A DNA stretch of 64,000 nt from the sequence record PQ471515.1, one strand, 5' to 3'. A program made the position numbers and the translations under genes. The notes below the pieces were generated by a model. That model had not been told where the DNA came from, did not search any database, and saw only the letters and a program-made list of their open reading frames with translations. This document shows positions 49,197 through 59,529 of the stretch, piece by piece (positions within the stretch are counted from its first letter, which is position 1; every line of letters starts with the position of its first letter).

Positions 49197-49613
49197 ATGA
49201 CATACAACATTGTTAAAATGGTGAACTATGTATTAAAAAACAACACATGGTCACTGCATGATGTACAATTAGAAGATATTGGTGAAGTTAGAGTATTTTG
49301 CTATGATGGCGATTTGAACGAAACCACTGATTTGAGTAAATGTTTTAATATTTTTCTTGGTTATGAAATCAATAATCATTTTTATTCATTTGATGTGTAT
49401 TTTGAACGAGTTAAAATCAGAATTGCTAATGTAAATAGTGATTATTATGACACTAGAATTGAATTGAATTTTGACGATATTGATACTGAAGAAAAATTCT
49501 TTCAGTACAATCTCGTAAACGATCTAAATGGATTGACATTTGAGGACATTAAAGCTATACTTAAAGTTCAAAGATTGATTCCAGAAGAGGTTCTAAATCC
49601 CTTTAATGACTAG
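49197..49613 (+). CDS. EExxFQxS-motif family paralogue
   Basis: DTEEKFFQYNLVNDLNGLTFEDI. Confidence 0.75.
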   Translation: MTYNIVKMVNYVLKNNTWSLHDVQLEDIGEVRVFCYDGDLNETTDLSKCFNIFLGYEINNHFYSFDVYFERVKIRIANVNSDYYDTRIELNFDDIDTEEKFFQYNLVNDLNGLTFEDIKAILKVQRLIPEEVLNPFND

Positions 49614-49965
49614 TTTAATAACTCGTATAATGCAAGATGTTCGTAAGAATCTTCATACTGGTAATTTTGATGATCCTAACATAAAAATATTATGTTATGA
49701 TGTATTCACACTGGTACATCCATCAGAATCTAATAATTTATACATAGCATATACTTCTCCTAATATTTTGTATCAATTTGATTTATATAGTACAATGGCT
49801 AAGATAACATTAGATGTTTCTAAGGAGCCAATTTTTATAGCAGTACGTGATTTTGAGTACACAGAAGAGTCATTATTCCAGTACTCAATGATAAATGACA
49901 TTGGTGACTTGACATTAGAAGAGATAAATGTTATAGTTGGTATGTGTCGTTTGATTAATCCATAA
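49606..49965 (+). CDS. EExxFQxS-motif family paralogue
   Basis: YTEESLFQYSMINDIGDLTLEEI. Confidence 0.75.
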   Translation: MTSLITRIMQDVRKNLHTGNFDDPNIKILCYDVFTLVHPSESNNLYIAYTSPNILYQFDLYSTMAKITLDVSKEPIFIAVRDFEYTEESLFQYSMINDIGDLTLEEINVIVGMCRLINP

Positions 49966-49978
49966 CTCGGAGCTTAAT

Positions 49979-50170
49979 ATGTTTTTGAATTTGTTATGCT
50001 TATTTGGTCGTACATTGGTTCTTGCTATTATTCATACACCTGGTATTCGTAATTATGTTTCTTATGAATTTAAGAAAAATTACCACAACAATACTGAAGT
50101 TCGTGCAACTAAGATGTGCAAAGACTTCAATGGAGATGTTCCACCATTCAAGAAGTACGAGGATGAATAA
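49979..50170 (+). CDS. Hypothetical protein
   Basis: 63 aa, GGAG SD. Confidence 0.55.
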   Translation: MFLNLLCLFGRTLVLAIIHTPGIRNYVSYEFKKNYHNNTEVRATKMCKDFNGDVPPFKKYEDE

Positions 50171-50454
50171 TGGAATTTATTGTTGCACCTGATGAACTAA
50201 AAACATTCACGTTCCGAGACAATAACAATTATCCTTATACAAATCATTCATTGAATTCATTGCATGTTATATCAATCATTGCATCTGAATACAGAGACAA
50301 TCCATGTATTGATTTTAAAACCACTGATGGTGAATATACATGGGTAGTTCCGAACGATAAATACAGTTATCAGGGTGCAGTGGAGATCCGCGACTCGATT
50401 CTAAAGCAAATCGAAGATGGACATACTCATCCTAAACTAAACATTCAGTACTGA
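50170..50454 (+). CDS. Hypothetical protein
   Basis: 94 aa, coupled. Confidence 0.7.
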   Translation: MEFIVAPDELKTFTFRDNNNYPYTNHSLNSLHVISIIASEYRDNPCIDFKTTDGEYTWVVPNDKYSYQGAVEIRDSILKQIEDGHTHPKLNIQY

Positions 50455-50694
50455 AATCGTTTAACCGGATAGCTTCTAGTCGGTACTGAATTCCTCCTTT
50501 TGTCTAGAAGCTATCACTCTTTTAAAGTATAATGATATCACCCTCATGGTTCATTATATTCATTACCCTCTAACAGTATCTTTTTTATTCCTCTTTGATA
50601 CTGTATTTTAGAAGTTGACATTTTTACTTCTACTGTGTTATACTTAAGGCTGATTCATTATGAATCGGCCTTTTTTCTTGTGGGGATTAATGTA

Positions 50695-51111
50695 ATGAAT
50701 AAAGAAGTTATTAGTTTAATTGATGAGTATATCAACCAAACATATCGTTTGATATTTTTAAATGAATTTGAGTCCAGAACAACGTATTATTCTGGTGAAT
50801 ATGAGATAATGACTGGATCATTTCTTAACGGATACATGGAGTTTTTAGAACAAAGCGATAATGTTTTCATTTCCATATCTGAAAAACATGGTGATGATTA
50901 TGTTATTGATGTATGGCCTAATAAAGTAGAGATTGACACTACAAAGAAAATTGTAATTGATGTGGATGAATCGTTGTATGATTTAACTGAAGATATGTAC
51001 ATGCAACTAAATTTCGTTTACGATCTAACTAACATAAGTTATTCTAATCTAAGTAAATTATTTTATATTTCTGGTGTACTACATAATAACGTACAACAAA
51101 ATAAAGGATAA
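50695..51111 (+). CDS. EExxFQxS-motif family paralogue
   Basis: LTEDMYMQLNFVYDLTNISY; TTGACA..TATACT promoter upstream. Confidence 0.7.
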   Translation: MNKEVISLIDEYINQTYRLIFLNEFESRTTYYSGEYEIMTGSFLNGYMEFLEQSDNVFISISEKHGDDYVIDVWPNKVEIDTTKKIVIDVDESLYDLTEDMYMQLNFVYDLTNISYSNLSKLFYISGVLHNNVQQNKG

Positions 51112-51119
51112 ACATTTAA

Positions 51120-51524
51120 ATGTTGAAAATTCCACCACATACACTATCTATGCTAATTGAAAATGGTGTAATATTTTCTGAAGGGTGTAGTTCATTCTAT
51201 ACATGTGACGTGGACCCGTACACATTTGAATACCGTTCATTTAAAAATACATTGAGTGTTCCATGTGAAGCTTCTGACAACATTGTACTTGTCGTTTCGT
51301 TCTATGGTGTACCAAACTTCTTCATTGATATATATTATGATTCTTTTAAGATACAAACATACGATCATTTTCTTGGTGAAGTGCTCTTGCAAATGCAGAT
51401 TGAACATGTTACTATAGATGAAGATATGTTCTTTCAGCTATCTACTGTATACGATATGTGTGGGTTGACAGTTGACAACATTAATGGTATCTTTGAAATT
51501 GCCAGAACCCTACGAGGAAGATGA
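51120..51524 (+). CDS. EExxFQxS-motif family paralogue
   Basis: IDEDMFFQLSTVYDMCGLT. Confidence 0.75.
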   Translation: MLKIPPHTLSMLIENGVIFSEGCSSFYTCDVDPYTFEYRSFKNTLSVPCEASDNIVLVVSFYGVPNFFIDIYYDSFKIQTYDHFLGEVLLQMQIEHVTIDEDMFFQLSTVYDMCGLTVDNINGIFEIARTLRGR

Positions 51525-51525
51525 T

Positions 51526-51942
51526 ATGGTCAAAATTTTAAGTGACAATGCGGTTGATATTGTCATTGATGTACTTGAAAACAGTAATACATTTGAGAAG
51601 AAACACAGTACTGTATACTTCGGTGAAGATTGTTGGCTAAGTTATACATCTAATAATTCGTTTATAATTCGTGTTGAAAAGGGTGATGTTGGATTAACGA
51701 TACATGCCTCCTATACTAAAACTGACAAACAAATAACTGTCATCGCTAACAAGCCAAGTACATCCGATTTCTGGGATAGTATTGATGATTGTGAACACTA
51801 CACGTCAACATTCTATGATACAGAAGAAGAACATTTCATGGATAGTACTGTTAAAGAATTATCTGTTCCATTTAAACTTATGAAAGCAGCAAGAGATTTT
51901 ATTTTAAAATACAAAAAAACAGGAGTTTATGATGCAATTTAA
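51526..51942 (+). CDS. EExxFQxS-motif family paralogue
   Basis: DTEEEHFMDSTVKE. Confidence 0.75.
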   Translation: MVKILSDNAVDIVIDVLENSNTFEKKHSTVYFGEDCWLSYTSNNSFIIRVEKGDVGLTIHASYTKTDKQITVIANKPSTSDFWDSIDDCEHYTSTFYDTEEEHFMDSTVKELSVPFKLMKAARDFILKYKKTGVYDAI

Positions 51943-52378
51943 TGGTAAGGTTTCTAAAGTAGGTTTAGTTTTTGAAAATTGTGAGTTCATTGAGATTGAT
52001 GTAAAGAATGTTTTATGGATGCATATTGCTGACGAGAAAACTCTGTGTAGTCGTTTTTCCAACGGTCTAACTATTAGTACTGGTATTGGTGAGTTCGGTA
52101 TTGCATTACGTAGTGACACACCATCTGATTTCATGGATAACTCAACACTGTTAGAACGTTTAAAAATGCGTGATGTTACACACGTTTATCTATATGATAC
52201 TAACGGTGTTGAACAGCGTTATGTAGTTGAATGGGCTAATTATAACCTTAGTGATCAGTATTCAGTAAACCAGCGTGTACAACTCACCCCTGGTGGTAAT
52301 ATTGTGTTTGTTAGTTCAACTGGTAAATTAATCAGTGTAGATGATGCAAATATTGATTTATTCACTTCATATAACTAA
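51929..52378 (+). CDS. Hypothetical protein
   Basis: 149 aa, AGGAG SD. Confidence 0.7.
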   Translation: MMQFNGKVSKVGLVFENCEFIEIDVKNVLWMHIADEKTLCSRFSNGLTISTGIGEFGIALRSDTPSDFMDNSTLLERLKMRDVTHVYLYDTNGVEQRYVVEWANYNLSDQYSVNQRVQLTPGGNIVFVSSTGKLISVDDANIDLFTSYN

Positions 52379-52389
52379 TACGAACTACT

Positions 52390-52809
52390 ATGAAAACAAT
52401 CAAAACACATTTCAAAGATACATGGACAGAAGTAAGTACTGGTAATATTCAAGATATTGTATACAGTACTGAAACTATTCATGTCTATGATGAAGAGACA
52501 GCAGCCGAGCAGTTAAAGGTATTGCATCGTAGTGTAGGTGAACACACCGAGTATGGTGTCAAACATACTCGTGAATTGGTAAGTACTGATCATATTGACA
52601 CACGTACTGTAAATCTATCAAAAGAAGAAATGTTTGATTTTATTCTAAACAATACTTTAACAATTCAACCAGATGGTTCACTATACAGTAAAACAGATGG
52701 TACACAAGTTCGTAAAAAGTACAATGTGACCATCAATGATACGGTGATGTCTGGATATGATTTAGTTGATGCAATCAACGAGTACGTTTCTATGCAGAGG
52801 TTGAAATGA
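52390..52809 (+). CDS. Hypothetical protein
   Basis: 139 aa. Confidence 0.7.
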   Translation: MKTIKTHFKDTWTEVSTGNIQDIVYSTETIHVYDEETAAEQLKVLHRSVGEHTEYGVKHTRELVSTDHIDTRTVNLSKEEMFDFILNNTLTIQPDGSLYSKTDGTQVRKKYNVTINDTVMSGYDLVDAINEYVSMQRLK

Positions 52810-53171
52810 TTAATCTGATATATTTTACAATTATTTGTTGCATTACTATTGTACTTTGTCGTCTAATTCATGTATACTCATATCATAAAGCGTTGAGAAT
52901 CGAACAAGAGATTTACAACGAAAACCGTGAGCCAGAGCCAGAGAAGCTACCCCGCTCACCATATGCATTGAAGCGTGAGATGCATTCGGAGAGTAAGAAG
53001 TGGGGTTATGCAATAACCAAGCATGGTTATATCTACACTGCTGCAAATGGCTATTTTCAAATTCACCATGATCTTTCAGTTGCGATTGGAATTTTATGGG
53101 AAATGGAGGATATAGGTGGTTATGAGCGTACTAAATTTCCAAACTTACAAAATGATCCAGGAACTTCATGA
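52806..53171 (+). CDS. Hypothetical membrane-anchored protein
   Basis: N-terminal TM. Confidence 0.7.
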   Translation: MINLIYFTIICCITIVLCRLIHVYSYHKALRIEQEIYNENREPEPEKLPRSPYALKREMHSESKKWGYAITKHGYIYTAANGYFQIHHDLSVAIGILWEMEDIGGYERTKFPNLQNDPGTS

Positions 53172-53325
53172 AGAACATGATATAATTGTAGATGTAGAAA
53201 AGAAGGAAGTTGTTATGAAGAAGCAAGCATACCGCATCTTAGACAACTTCTATCTTAAGGCATTTATAATGAAGTTCTGTGCAGACGAGCACTTAACAGG
53301 ACGTGTTATACGCAAGGAGTCGTAG

Positions 53326-53667
53326 ATGGACATGAGTTCAATAATTCAGTACTTGAGCGAGAATTTTGTCAAAATCATTTCACGTGGTGGTATGATTGTG
53401 CATCCTGAAACTGAAGATATGTATATCATTCGTTTTGATACAAATTCTTATGATCAAGTACTTGTTGTTTCGAAATTGGTAGGTTATAATGAAGTCGTTC
53501 AGTTCTGCTGTACCGAGTTCGGTATCTATATTAAAGATGCAGAAACCAATGAGATTTCACATTATTTTTATCACACACTGATGGGTACTAAAGATTTTGG
53601 ATTGAAATTCAATGATTTAGTACAATGTCACTATATGTTTAAAACATACCCAGCATCTGGGAAATAA
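53326..53667 (+). CDS. Hypothetical protein (possibly a degenerate EExxFQxS-family member)
   Basis: FYHTLMGTKDFGLKFNDL resembles the post-motif segment. Confidence 0.6.
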   Translation: MDMSSIIQYLSENFVKIISRGGMIVHPETEDMYIIRFDTNSYDQVLVVSKLVGYNEVVQFCCTEFGIYIKDAETNEISHYFYHTLMGTKDFGLKFNDLVQCHYMFKTYPASGK

Positions 53668-53678
53668 GGAGTAACAAT

Positions 53679-54494
53679 ATGAGCAACATTTTCTTCAAAA
53701 CCATTTCCTTCAAAAAAGAATCTTACTCTTACGCTTATGTAGATGGTAAAGTACTCAATATCGTTCTAGATGGTGTTGATGTGCCTGTTCAATTTACCAG
53801 TCATCAAGAAGCGATTGAGGGTGCTCAAGAGCTTAACAGCTTACTAAATGGCATTGAGAAGAAACCTGAAGTTAAATCTGACCTTGATTTATTGGTTGAC
53901 AAAATTAAAAGTGGTGAACTATTATCAATTCTAGACCAGTGTAATGAAAAATTACGTGGTGTTGTTGGTGATGTACGTACTACAGTTCAAGATCGTCTAC
54001 TTGAGCAAGCATTCAAAGAAGTTACTAAGAAAACTGAAGAACGTGTTGAAGGTATGATTAAAAACATTGATGACGTTCTCACTCATATGTTCACCAAGCC
54101 ATACGAATCAAGTACTGATTCTGAAGAGAAACAAGAAGAACCAGTAGAACGCACCAAGCCATCTATTGTTACTAAAGTTAAACATAGTTTTGGTTCACTG
54201 GATGATGTATTTGGCTTTACAAATGTACGTGTTAGTACTGATGAAAAGCCAGAAGTTGATGAAATGCTCATTGGTGACATGACAACTGGTCAACTCAAAA
54301 AAGAGATTGATACCTTTGTTAATGAACTAATTAGTTCTGAACGTGCTGAAAATATGTTTAGCAGTATTTCAGCAAACTTCGGTAAAGAAGCAACTGAGCA
54401 AGCAGTACAGGCATTCAAAGATTTGATTTACACTGTTGCAATTGCTAATCCAGAACAAACACTGGAAGAAGTTCTACGTAAAAACTTCAAATAA
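53679..54494 (+). CDS. Hypothetical protein
   Basis: 271 aa, AAGGAG SD. Confidence 0.75.
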   Translation: MSNIFFKTISFKKESYSYAYVDGKVLNIVLDGVDVPVQFTSHQEAIEGAQELNSLLNGIEKKPEVKSDLDLLVDKIKSGELLSILDQCNEKLRGVVGDVRTTVQDRLLEQAFKEVTKKTEERVEGMIKNIDDVLTHMFTKPYESSTDSEEKQEEPVERTKPSIVTKVKHSFGSLDDVFGFTNVRVSTDEKPEVDEMLIGDMTTGQLKKEIDTFVNELISSERAENMFSSISANFGKEATEQAVQAFKDLIYTVAIANPEQTLEEVLRKNFK

Positions 54495-54508
54495 GATATA
54501 GATAAAAG

Positions 54509-54540
54509 AAAAGCCACTACAATGTAGTGGCTTTTTTGTT
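54509..54540. terminator. Bidirectional terminator between convergent genes
   Basis: AAAAGCCACTAC/GTAGTGGCTTTT. Confidence 0.85.
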
Positions 54541-55696
54541 ATGCGTTATAACCAACAATGACTACAGTACAGCCAAATGGTTCAACAACTTTTAATACAA
54601 CATTATCATCTGCATCGAGTTCAACTTCACTTAGAACAACATGATTGTCTTCAGCATAGACTTGAACTTGTGGGAGGATTTTACCATGTTCACTAGCAGG
54701 AATTGACAGTGTATACATGGAATCACCATCAACTGCCCAATCACTATCGGCATACGTATTGTGATATGGAGTGGTGTGTAAGGTTTTACCAATAATACTC
54801 AATGAGATTGGAGCGTCATCGGTTTGGTACACAGTGATATTACCGCTAGGATCTACAATGAGGTCTACTCCAATTTGGAATAAATCACCACTGTATGCTT
54901 GTAGAGCAAGATACTCACCACGCTCATGAACAGTAGCTGGTACAGTTGCCATATACATGCCATCGGGCGTGTACTCAAACTGCGATAGAAGTACTGAAGT
55001 AACGAAGTCAATATCTTCGCCGCTTTCTAGTATATCAAATTCAATAGTTTTGGTATTATATATGTCAGAAGTGAGGATGATGGTTCCTTTACCGGATTGA
55101 GTAATTGGATCAACTGGAATACTAAAAACATCATCAATTATTTCAGTTGTGAAGTACTCGGTTCCGTCAGGAAGTATAACGGTAATACGCATTCCAGTTG
55201 TATTAATGACTGAACCTGCGTTGAATAGGCGACCACCTACCAAATCATCACCTACGAACGTTGGGAACATAAGGATGTTGTCTATATCTCTATCTATAAT
55301 CCCGCATTCAGGGGTGTACATATTATATAGTGTTTGTGAACTACCTAGAATTGTTTTGTGCAAAAGAAACTTATAAACAAACCCAGTAGGATCTGATTCA
55401 AGTTTAGCATCTGAGTATCCTCTTACGAAAAAAGAGTTCTTTCTTATTTCACTTAGGATTTGGTCATTAGTTTTGTTGTAGTTTAATTGATATCCTTGTA
55501 TATCCTTTGTTGTAATTTGTACTTTACGATAAATTACATTACTTACAGGATCAAGTAAATCATATAATCTATGGCTTCTCTGACGATAGATTCGAACATT
55601 TTTGAGTTTAGTCCCATCGTTGAGAATTGCACCATCGACTACATAACCACATTCACCGAACTTATATCGTCCAGCAGCAGCAATCGATCTTGACAT
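54539..55696 (-). CDS. Putative late/virion protein with two C-terminal beta repeats
   Basis: 385 aa, GGAGG SD, ATAAATA late motif at 55728-55734 (minus); repeats Y...PA..H.....Q.Y...V.....G.V/I. Confidence 0.65.
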   Translation of the reverse strand: MSRSIAAAGRYKFGECGYVVDGAILNDGTKLKNVRIYRQRSHRLYDLLDPVSNVIYRKVQITTKDIQGYQLNYNKTNDQILSEIRKNSFFVRGYSDAKLESDPTGFVYKFLLHKTILGSSQTLYNMYTPECGIIDRDIDNILMFPTFVGDDLVGGRLFNAGSVINTTGMRITVILPDGTEYFTTEIIDDVFSIPVDPITQSGKGTIILTSDIYNTKTIEFDILESGEDIDFVTSVLLSQFEYTPDGMYMATVPATVHERGEYLALQAYSGDLFQIGVDLIVDPSGNITVYQTDDAPISLSIIGKTLHTTPYHNTYADSDWAVDGDSMYTLSIPASEHGKILPQVQVYAEDNHVVLSEVELDADDNVVLKVVEPFGCTVVIVGYNA

Positions 55697-55812
55697 TCAT
55701 CCCTCCATTGGTATAATTATTATAATGTATTTATTATGGATAGGTAAAAAAGCACCTTGACTGAGTTGTGTTTTTGACGTATACTTAAATGGAATATCAA
55801 TAAGGGGATTTT

Positions 55813-56397
55813 ATGAGTGTTGTAGAAAAGCGATTAGTACTGAAAAATGGCAAAATGACTGTTAAGCTATACAAAGATGAAGCTGATTCTTTTATGGCTA
55901 AAGCAATTGAGAAATCTGAACGATATAAGATTCTTGCACCTGCAAGTAAATCGCCGTATGGATTTAATCACGCTCACAGTCATTTTGTAGGGATGGTATG
56001 TGAACATGCATCATTTGTACTTTTTAATGAAATTGAAAACTATTCAGGTATTGCACTTAACATTGATCCAGCGTTCCAAAGTGATGGTCGTGATGGTGAA
56101 TGTGATATCAAAGTAAACAACTTAAGAATTGAAGTGAAAGGCATCAAGTACAAATCGTGGACCGACTTTGGACCATGTGTTAGTACTCGACAGTTAAAAA
56201 ATATACAGAAAAAAGCTGACGTTATTCTGTGGGTATTGTATAATGAGAAAAAGCAAGAATTCACATTTGAGGGATTCAACTATGTAAAAGACATTAGTTC
56301 GATTCCAGTTGTGCTAACAGGTGTACCAGGGCGACCGATGATTGAAAATCACCCAGTACTGAGTATTATTAAACCACTTCAGGAGTTACCATTATGA
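55813..56397 (+). CDS. PD-(D/E)xK restriction-endonuclease-like protein
   Basis: G..CE, CDIKVNNLRIEVKG. Confidence 0.5.
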   Translation: MSVVEKRLVLKNGKMTVKLYKDEADSFMAKAIEKSERYKILAPASKSPYGFNHAHSHFVGMVCEHASFVLFNEIENYSGIALNIDPAFQSDGRDGECDIKVNNLRIEVKGIKYKSWTDFGPCVSTRQLKNIQKKADVILWVLYNEKKQEFTFEGFNYVKDISSIPVVLTGVPGRPMIENHPVLSIIKPLQELPL

Positions 56398-56621
56398 TTA
56401 CTGCCACTGTATATCAAGATATTAATGAAGAATTTAATTCTAAAATTGCATTTTTATCCTTTCCCGTATTGCCAGCTATTGGTGCTACGTTGAATCTTAC
56501 AATCTGTGGCTTTGAAAAATACTATGAAGTACTAGATATTGAGTACTGTGCAGATGTTTATTCATGCAACAGTGAGATTGCTATTCCGGTGCAAATCGAC
56601 ATTATAGTAAAAGAGGTTTGA
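56394..56621 (+). CDS. Hypothetical protein
   Basis: 75 aa, coupled. Confidence 0.7.
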   Translation: MITATVYQDINEEFNSKIAFLSFPVLPAIGATLNLTICGFEKYYEVLDIEYCADVYSCNSEIAIPVQIDIIVKEV

Positions 56622-57082
56622 TTATGTTTAAACACTTTCTAGTAATCACTGCTGTTGTATTCAGTACTTCCTGCTTTGTAGCACCAGTACATGCGGAAGA
56701 CCAGCGTCAAACAATCAAGACGATTGGAACAGGGAAAGCCCAACCAAAACGTACTGCTGAAGAATACATGCCTGAGATGCGTGAACGTTACCGCCAGCAA
56801 TACCGTGAAAAACATGCTAATGATAAGCCTATCAAAAAGCATAAATGGAATGTAGTCAAATCGCCATCGTTTTGTGCTGGGTATGCTAAGGTTAAGGATG
56901 AACAGCACAACAAGCAGTACTATAAAGATATGTACACATTCTATGATTCGAGGATCTCGGATGATGACATGATGGCTGCTAAGGTTGATAAAGAAGAATT
57001 TCTTCAGGGTTATGACATGACCGATGATGACAAGATCATGGAATGTGTTGAAGTATATGAAAAATACAGAGGTTTTGAATGA
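56618..57082 (+). CDS. Exported protein with signal peptide
   Basis: MFKHFLVITAVVFSTSCFVAPVHA (AxA cleavage site). Confidence 0.7.
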   Translation: MIMFKHFLVITAVVFSTSCFVAPVHAEDQRQTIKTIGTGKAQPKRTAEEYMPEMRERYRQQYREKHANDKPIKKHKWNVVKSPSFCAGYAKVKDEQHNKQYYKDMYTFYDSRISDDDMMAAKVDKEEFLQGYDMTDDDKIMECVEVYEKYRGFE

Positions 57083-57522
57083 CACTTTTGCTGATTCTAG
57101 GTTTATTAGTGTCATATTTCATTTTTCTTAACATCTTCTCTGATGCATCACATTTTGCATATGCTTCAGCTATTGCAAAACACGAAGGGATAAAGAAGTA
57201 TATTCCTGCATTGTTATTCTCATATATGTACCATCCAAGGTACTTTACACTAGGTGTGTTTGACAAGTATGTATACGACGAAAAAGCACTCAATGAAATT
57301 GAATACTTTGTAAGAACTCATGCTAATAACAATCCAAAATCATTAATTAACTTTACTGATAATCGTAAACGTGTTAGTATTAGAACTGACTTGTATCCTA
57401 CCAGTCACTTTCATCTAGGCGATTGTAGTGTGTACAGGGTTAGATACGAAAACTTACTGTTACCACCATCACATATAAGATACATAGAAAAATACTTGTT
57501 GAAATGTGTTGACTCCAAATAG
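57079..57522 (+). CDS. Hypothetical membrane protein
   Basis: N-terminal TM. Confidence 0.65.
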   Translation: MTLLLILGLLVSYFIFLNIFSDASHFAYASAIAKHEGIKKYIPALLFSYMYHPRYFTLGVFDKYVYDEKALNEIEYFVRTHANNNPKSLINFTDNRKRVSIRTDLYPTSHFHLGDCSVYRVRYENLLLPPSHIRYIEKYLLKCVDSK

Positions 57523-57575
57523 TAAATGGCAGTATAATAGCTTCGTACCGCAATAACTGACAAGAGGATTTAACG

Positions 57576-58034
57576 ATGGACGTATTAGCTACTCAATTCA
57601 AACGCAACGCAGAAGAACGTGAAGGTTACCTAAGTATCAGTGAAGTGGTTGAAGATGGATTCAAGCAGTACATTTTCAACAGTGCAATTAAACTGAAGCC
57701 AACAAAAGATTCACCGGACCGCAGCTTCACCAAGTGGATTGCATACTGGGAAGAGTCACCAATTGCAATCGAAATGACTGTCATCACTACAGTACTGGAA
57801 ACTGGTTACATCAAAGCAATTGTAGTTGATAAGAAAGTTCGTACTCTTGATGAAATCGGGACATACCCAGCACGTAACTCTAAAGTATTTGGGTGTTTAG
57901 TTGATGGTAAGTTTATGATTGAAAAAGATGCTAAGAACTATGTAATTGATAAACTACAAACCAGTGCTACTAAACAGGAAGTCGTAGACCAGAACGCAGT
58001 GGATGCTATTAAAAAGGCATGGGGTCTGAAATAA
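57576..58034 (+). CDS. Hypothetical protein
   Basis: 152 aa, TTGACT..TATAAT promoter and GAGG SD. Confidence 0.75.
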   Translation: MDVLATQFKRNAEEREGYLSISEVVEDGFKQYIFNSAIKLKPTKDSPDRSFTKWIAYWEESPIAIEMTVITTVLETGYIKAIVVDKKVRTLDEIGTYPARNSKVFGCLVDGKFMIEKDAKNYVIDKLQTSATKQEVVDQNAVDAIKKAWGLK

Positions 58035-58456
58035 TGTTCACACTTAGCAATGCAAAGTATCTATTTCTTATTGCTATTATTGGTTGGGTGATGGCTCCAG
58101 TGCTTAATGCACTGGGGTTTCCAGACGGACATAAACTTGTAAATGTTTCAGGTGTAATCCAGGGCATTTCATGGTATTCATTGATTATATTTTCTATATG
58201 TATTCATACATTTGCACGTGATCACCGCCGTCTGCTTTTTGTTAAAGTATTCGGTACTAAGAGATATAGTTTTGTGTTTACATTTATTTTAATACCATGT
58301 ATTATCTATGCTTTTGTATTTGATTACTATACTTATCTGTGGGTGTGTGGTTCTATGTTTGTTATGTTGGAATATACAAGAACTGTTCAAAACTCATATG
58401 CTGATGAGTATTATGATCTTGAAGTTAAACGAAAATTAACGGAGCTAAACAAATGA
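58034..58456 (+). CDS. Hypothetical multi-pass membrane protein
   Basis: About 4 TM segments. Confidence 0.7.
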   Translation: MFTLSNAKYLFLIAIIGWVMAPVLNALGFPDGHKLVNVSGVIQGISWYSLIIFSICIHTFARDHRRLLFVKVFGTKRYSFVFTFILIPCIIYAFVFDYYTYLWVCGSMFVMLEYTRTVQNSYADEYYDLEVKRKLTELNK

Positions 58457-58878
58457 GGGGATACAATAAGATTTGTATTTTTGTATTTTTAGTTTGTGCA
58501 ATCAATACATTTGGATATTACTGTACTGAAAACAACATTTCATATGGTTTAAATCCTTTGTGGTTTACAATTGCCAATGTAGCACAAATTGGTATTGCTG
58601 TTATGTCTGCACTTATGTTCTGTCCAATTGTAACTATGGATACTGATCATGAAAGGCTTGGATTTATCCGTGATACTGGAGACGAACCTTACAGTAGATT
58701 GATTGTGTTGTATCCATTTATTGTTATTTTAGGTACTAACATCCAACTTGGGTCTTTATCTAATAGTGTTACTTCAGCAGCCATTACAGTCTTTGCATTC
58801 ACATTTTTTATGGTACACAAATCAGTACTCAAATGGCACATCACCAAAATGGCAGAGAAAGGTACGGAAAACAGTTGA
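58453..58878 (+). CDS. Hypothetical multi-pass membrane protein
   Basis: About 4 TM segments, coupled. Confidence 0.7.
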   Translation: MRGYNKICIFVFLVCAINTFGYYCTENNISYGLNPLWFTIANVAQIGIAVMSALMFCPIVTMDTDHERLGFIRDTGDEPYSRLIVLYPFIVILGTNIQLGSLSNSVTSAAITVFAFTFFMVHKSVLKWHITKMAEKGTENS

Positions 58879-58937
58879 CGTGAGTTATTGAGTCATATAT
58901 AATTATTACATCAAAACTGGGAAATGGTAAGGAACTT

Positions 58938-59189
58938 ATGAACATCGATAAGGTCAAAGAACTTAGTGAAGCACTAATTAAGAACGAAGAAGCTTGTGAA
59001 GAACTTCGCAGTACTATCAAAGTTGAGTACGCACGTCTTCAAGCTATGCTTCAGGAATCCGAATGGGTTGTAACTAAATCTATCGAAGCAATCTATAAGG
59101 ATATCGAATCCCTTTTCAACAAGAAAAGTAAGATTGAATCTGATTCATATAACAAACGTAAAGAGTTATCTACTGCACTTGGTATCTAA
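58938..59189 (+). CDS. Hypothetical coiled-coil protein
   Basis: 83 aa, promoter TTGACG..TATAAT upstream. Confidence 0.7.
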   Translation: MNIDKVKELSEALIKNEEACEELRSTIKVEYARLQAMLQESEWVVTKSIEAIYKDIESLFNKKSKIESDSYNKRKELSTALGI

Positions 59190-59263
59190 AAGTATTTGAC
59201 TTAACCAATAACATGGAGTACAATGTGCTCCTAATTTAATTATCAGCTAAAAAGGAAAACATT

Positions 59264-59524
59264 ATGAAATCTATTCTCGTTGCAGTTAACCTGGTTGCTT
59301 CCCCATCTTTTAACTTCAAACAAGTTGTTGCTGATAATCTGAAGAAGATCTGTCCAAACGCTGAATTGACTTTCTGTGTGTTTGATTCAGAAAAAGTAAC
59401 TAAAGTTGATCTAAACTATCTTTTGAACGAAGTACAAAGTATTTCTGGTGAAAGTAGTTTGGAAGTACTGAATACGGTTGCTGATGACTATGATGATACA
59501 CTGGTAATTTCGGAGAAATTCTAA
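59264..59524 (+). CDS. Hypothetical protein
   Basis: 86 aa, AAGGA SD. Confidence 0.7.
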   Translation: MKSILVAVNLVASPSFNFKQVVADNLKKICPNAELTFCVFDSEKVTKVDLNYLLNEVQSISGESSLEVLNTVADDYDDTLVISEKF

Positions 59525-59529
59525 ATCCA

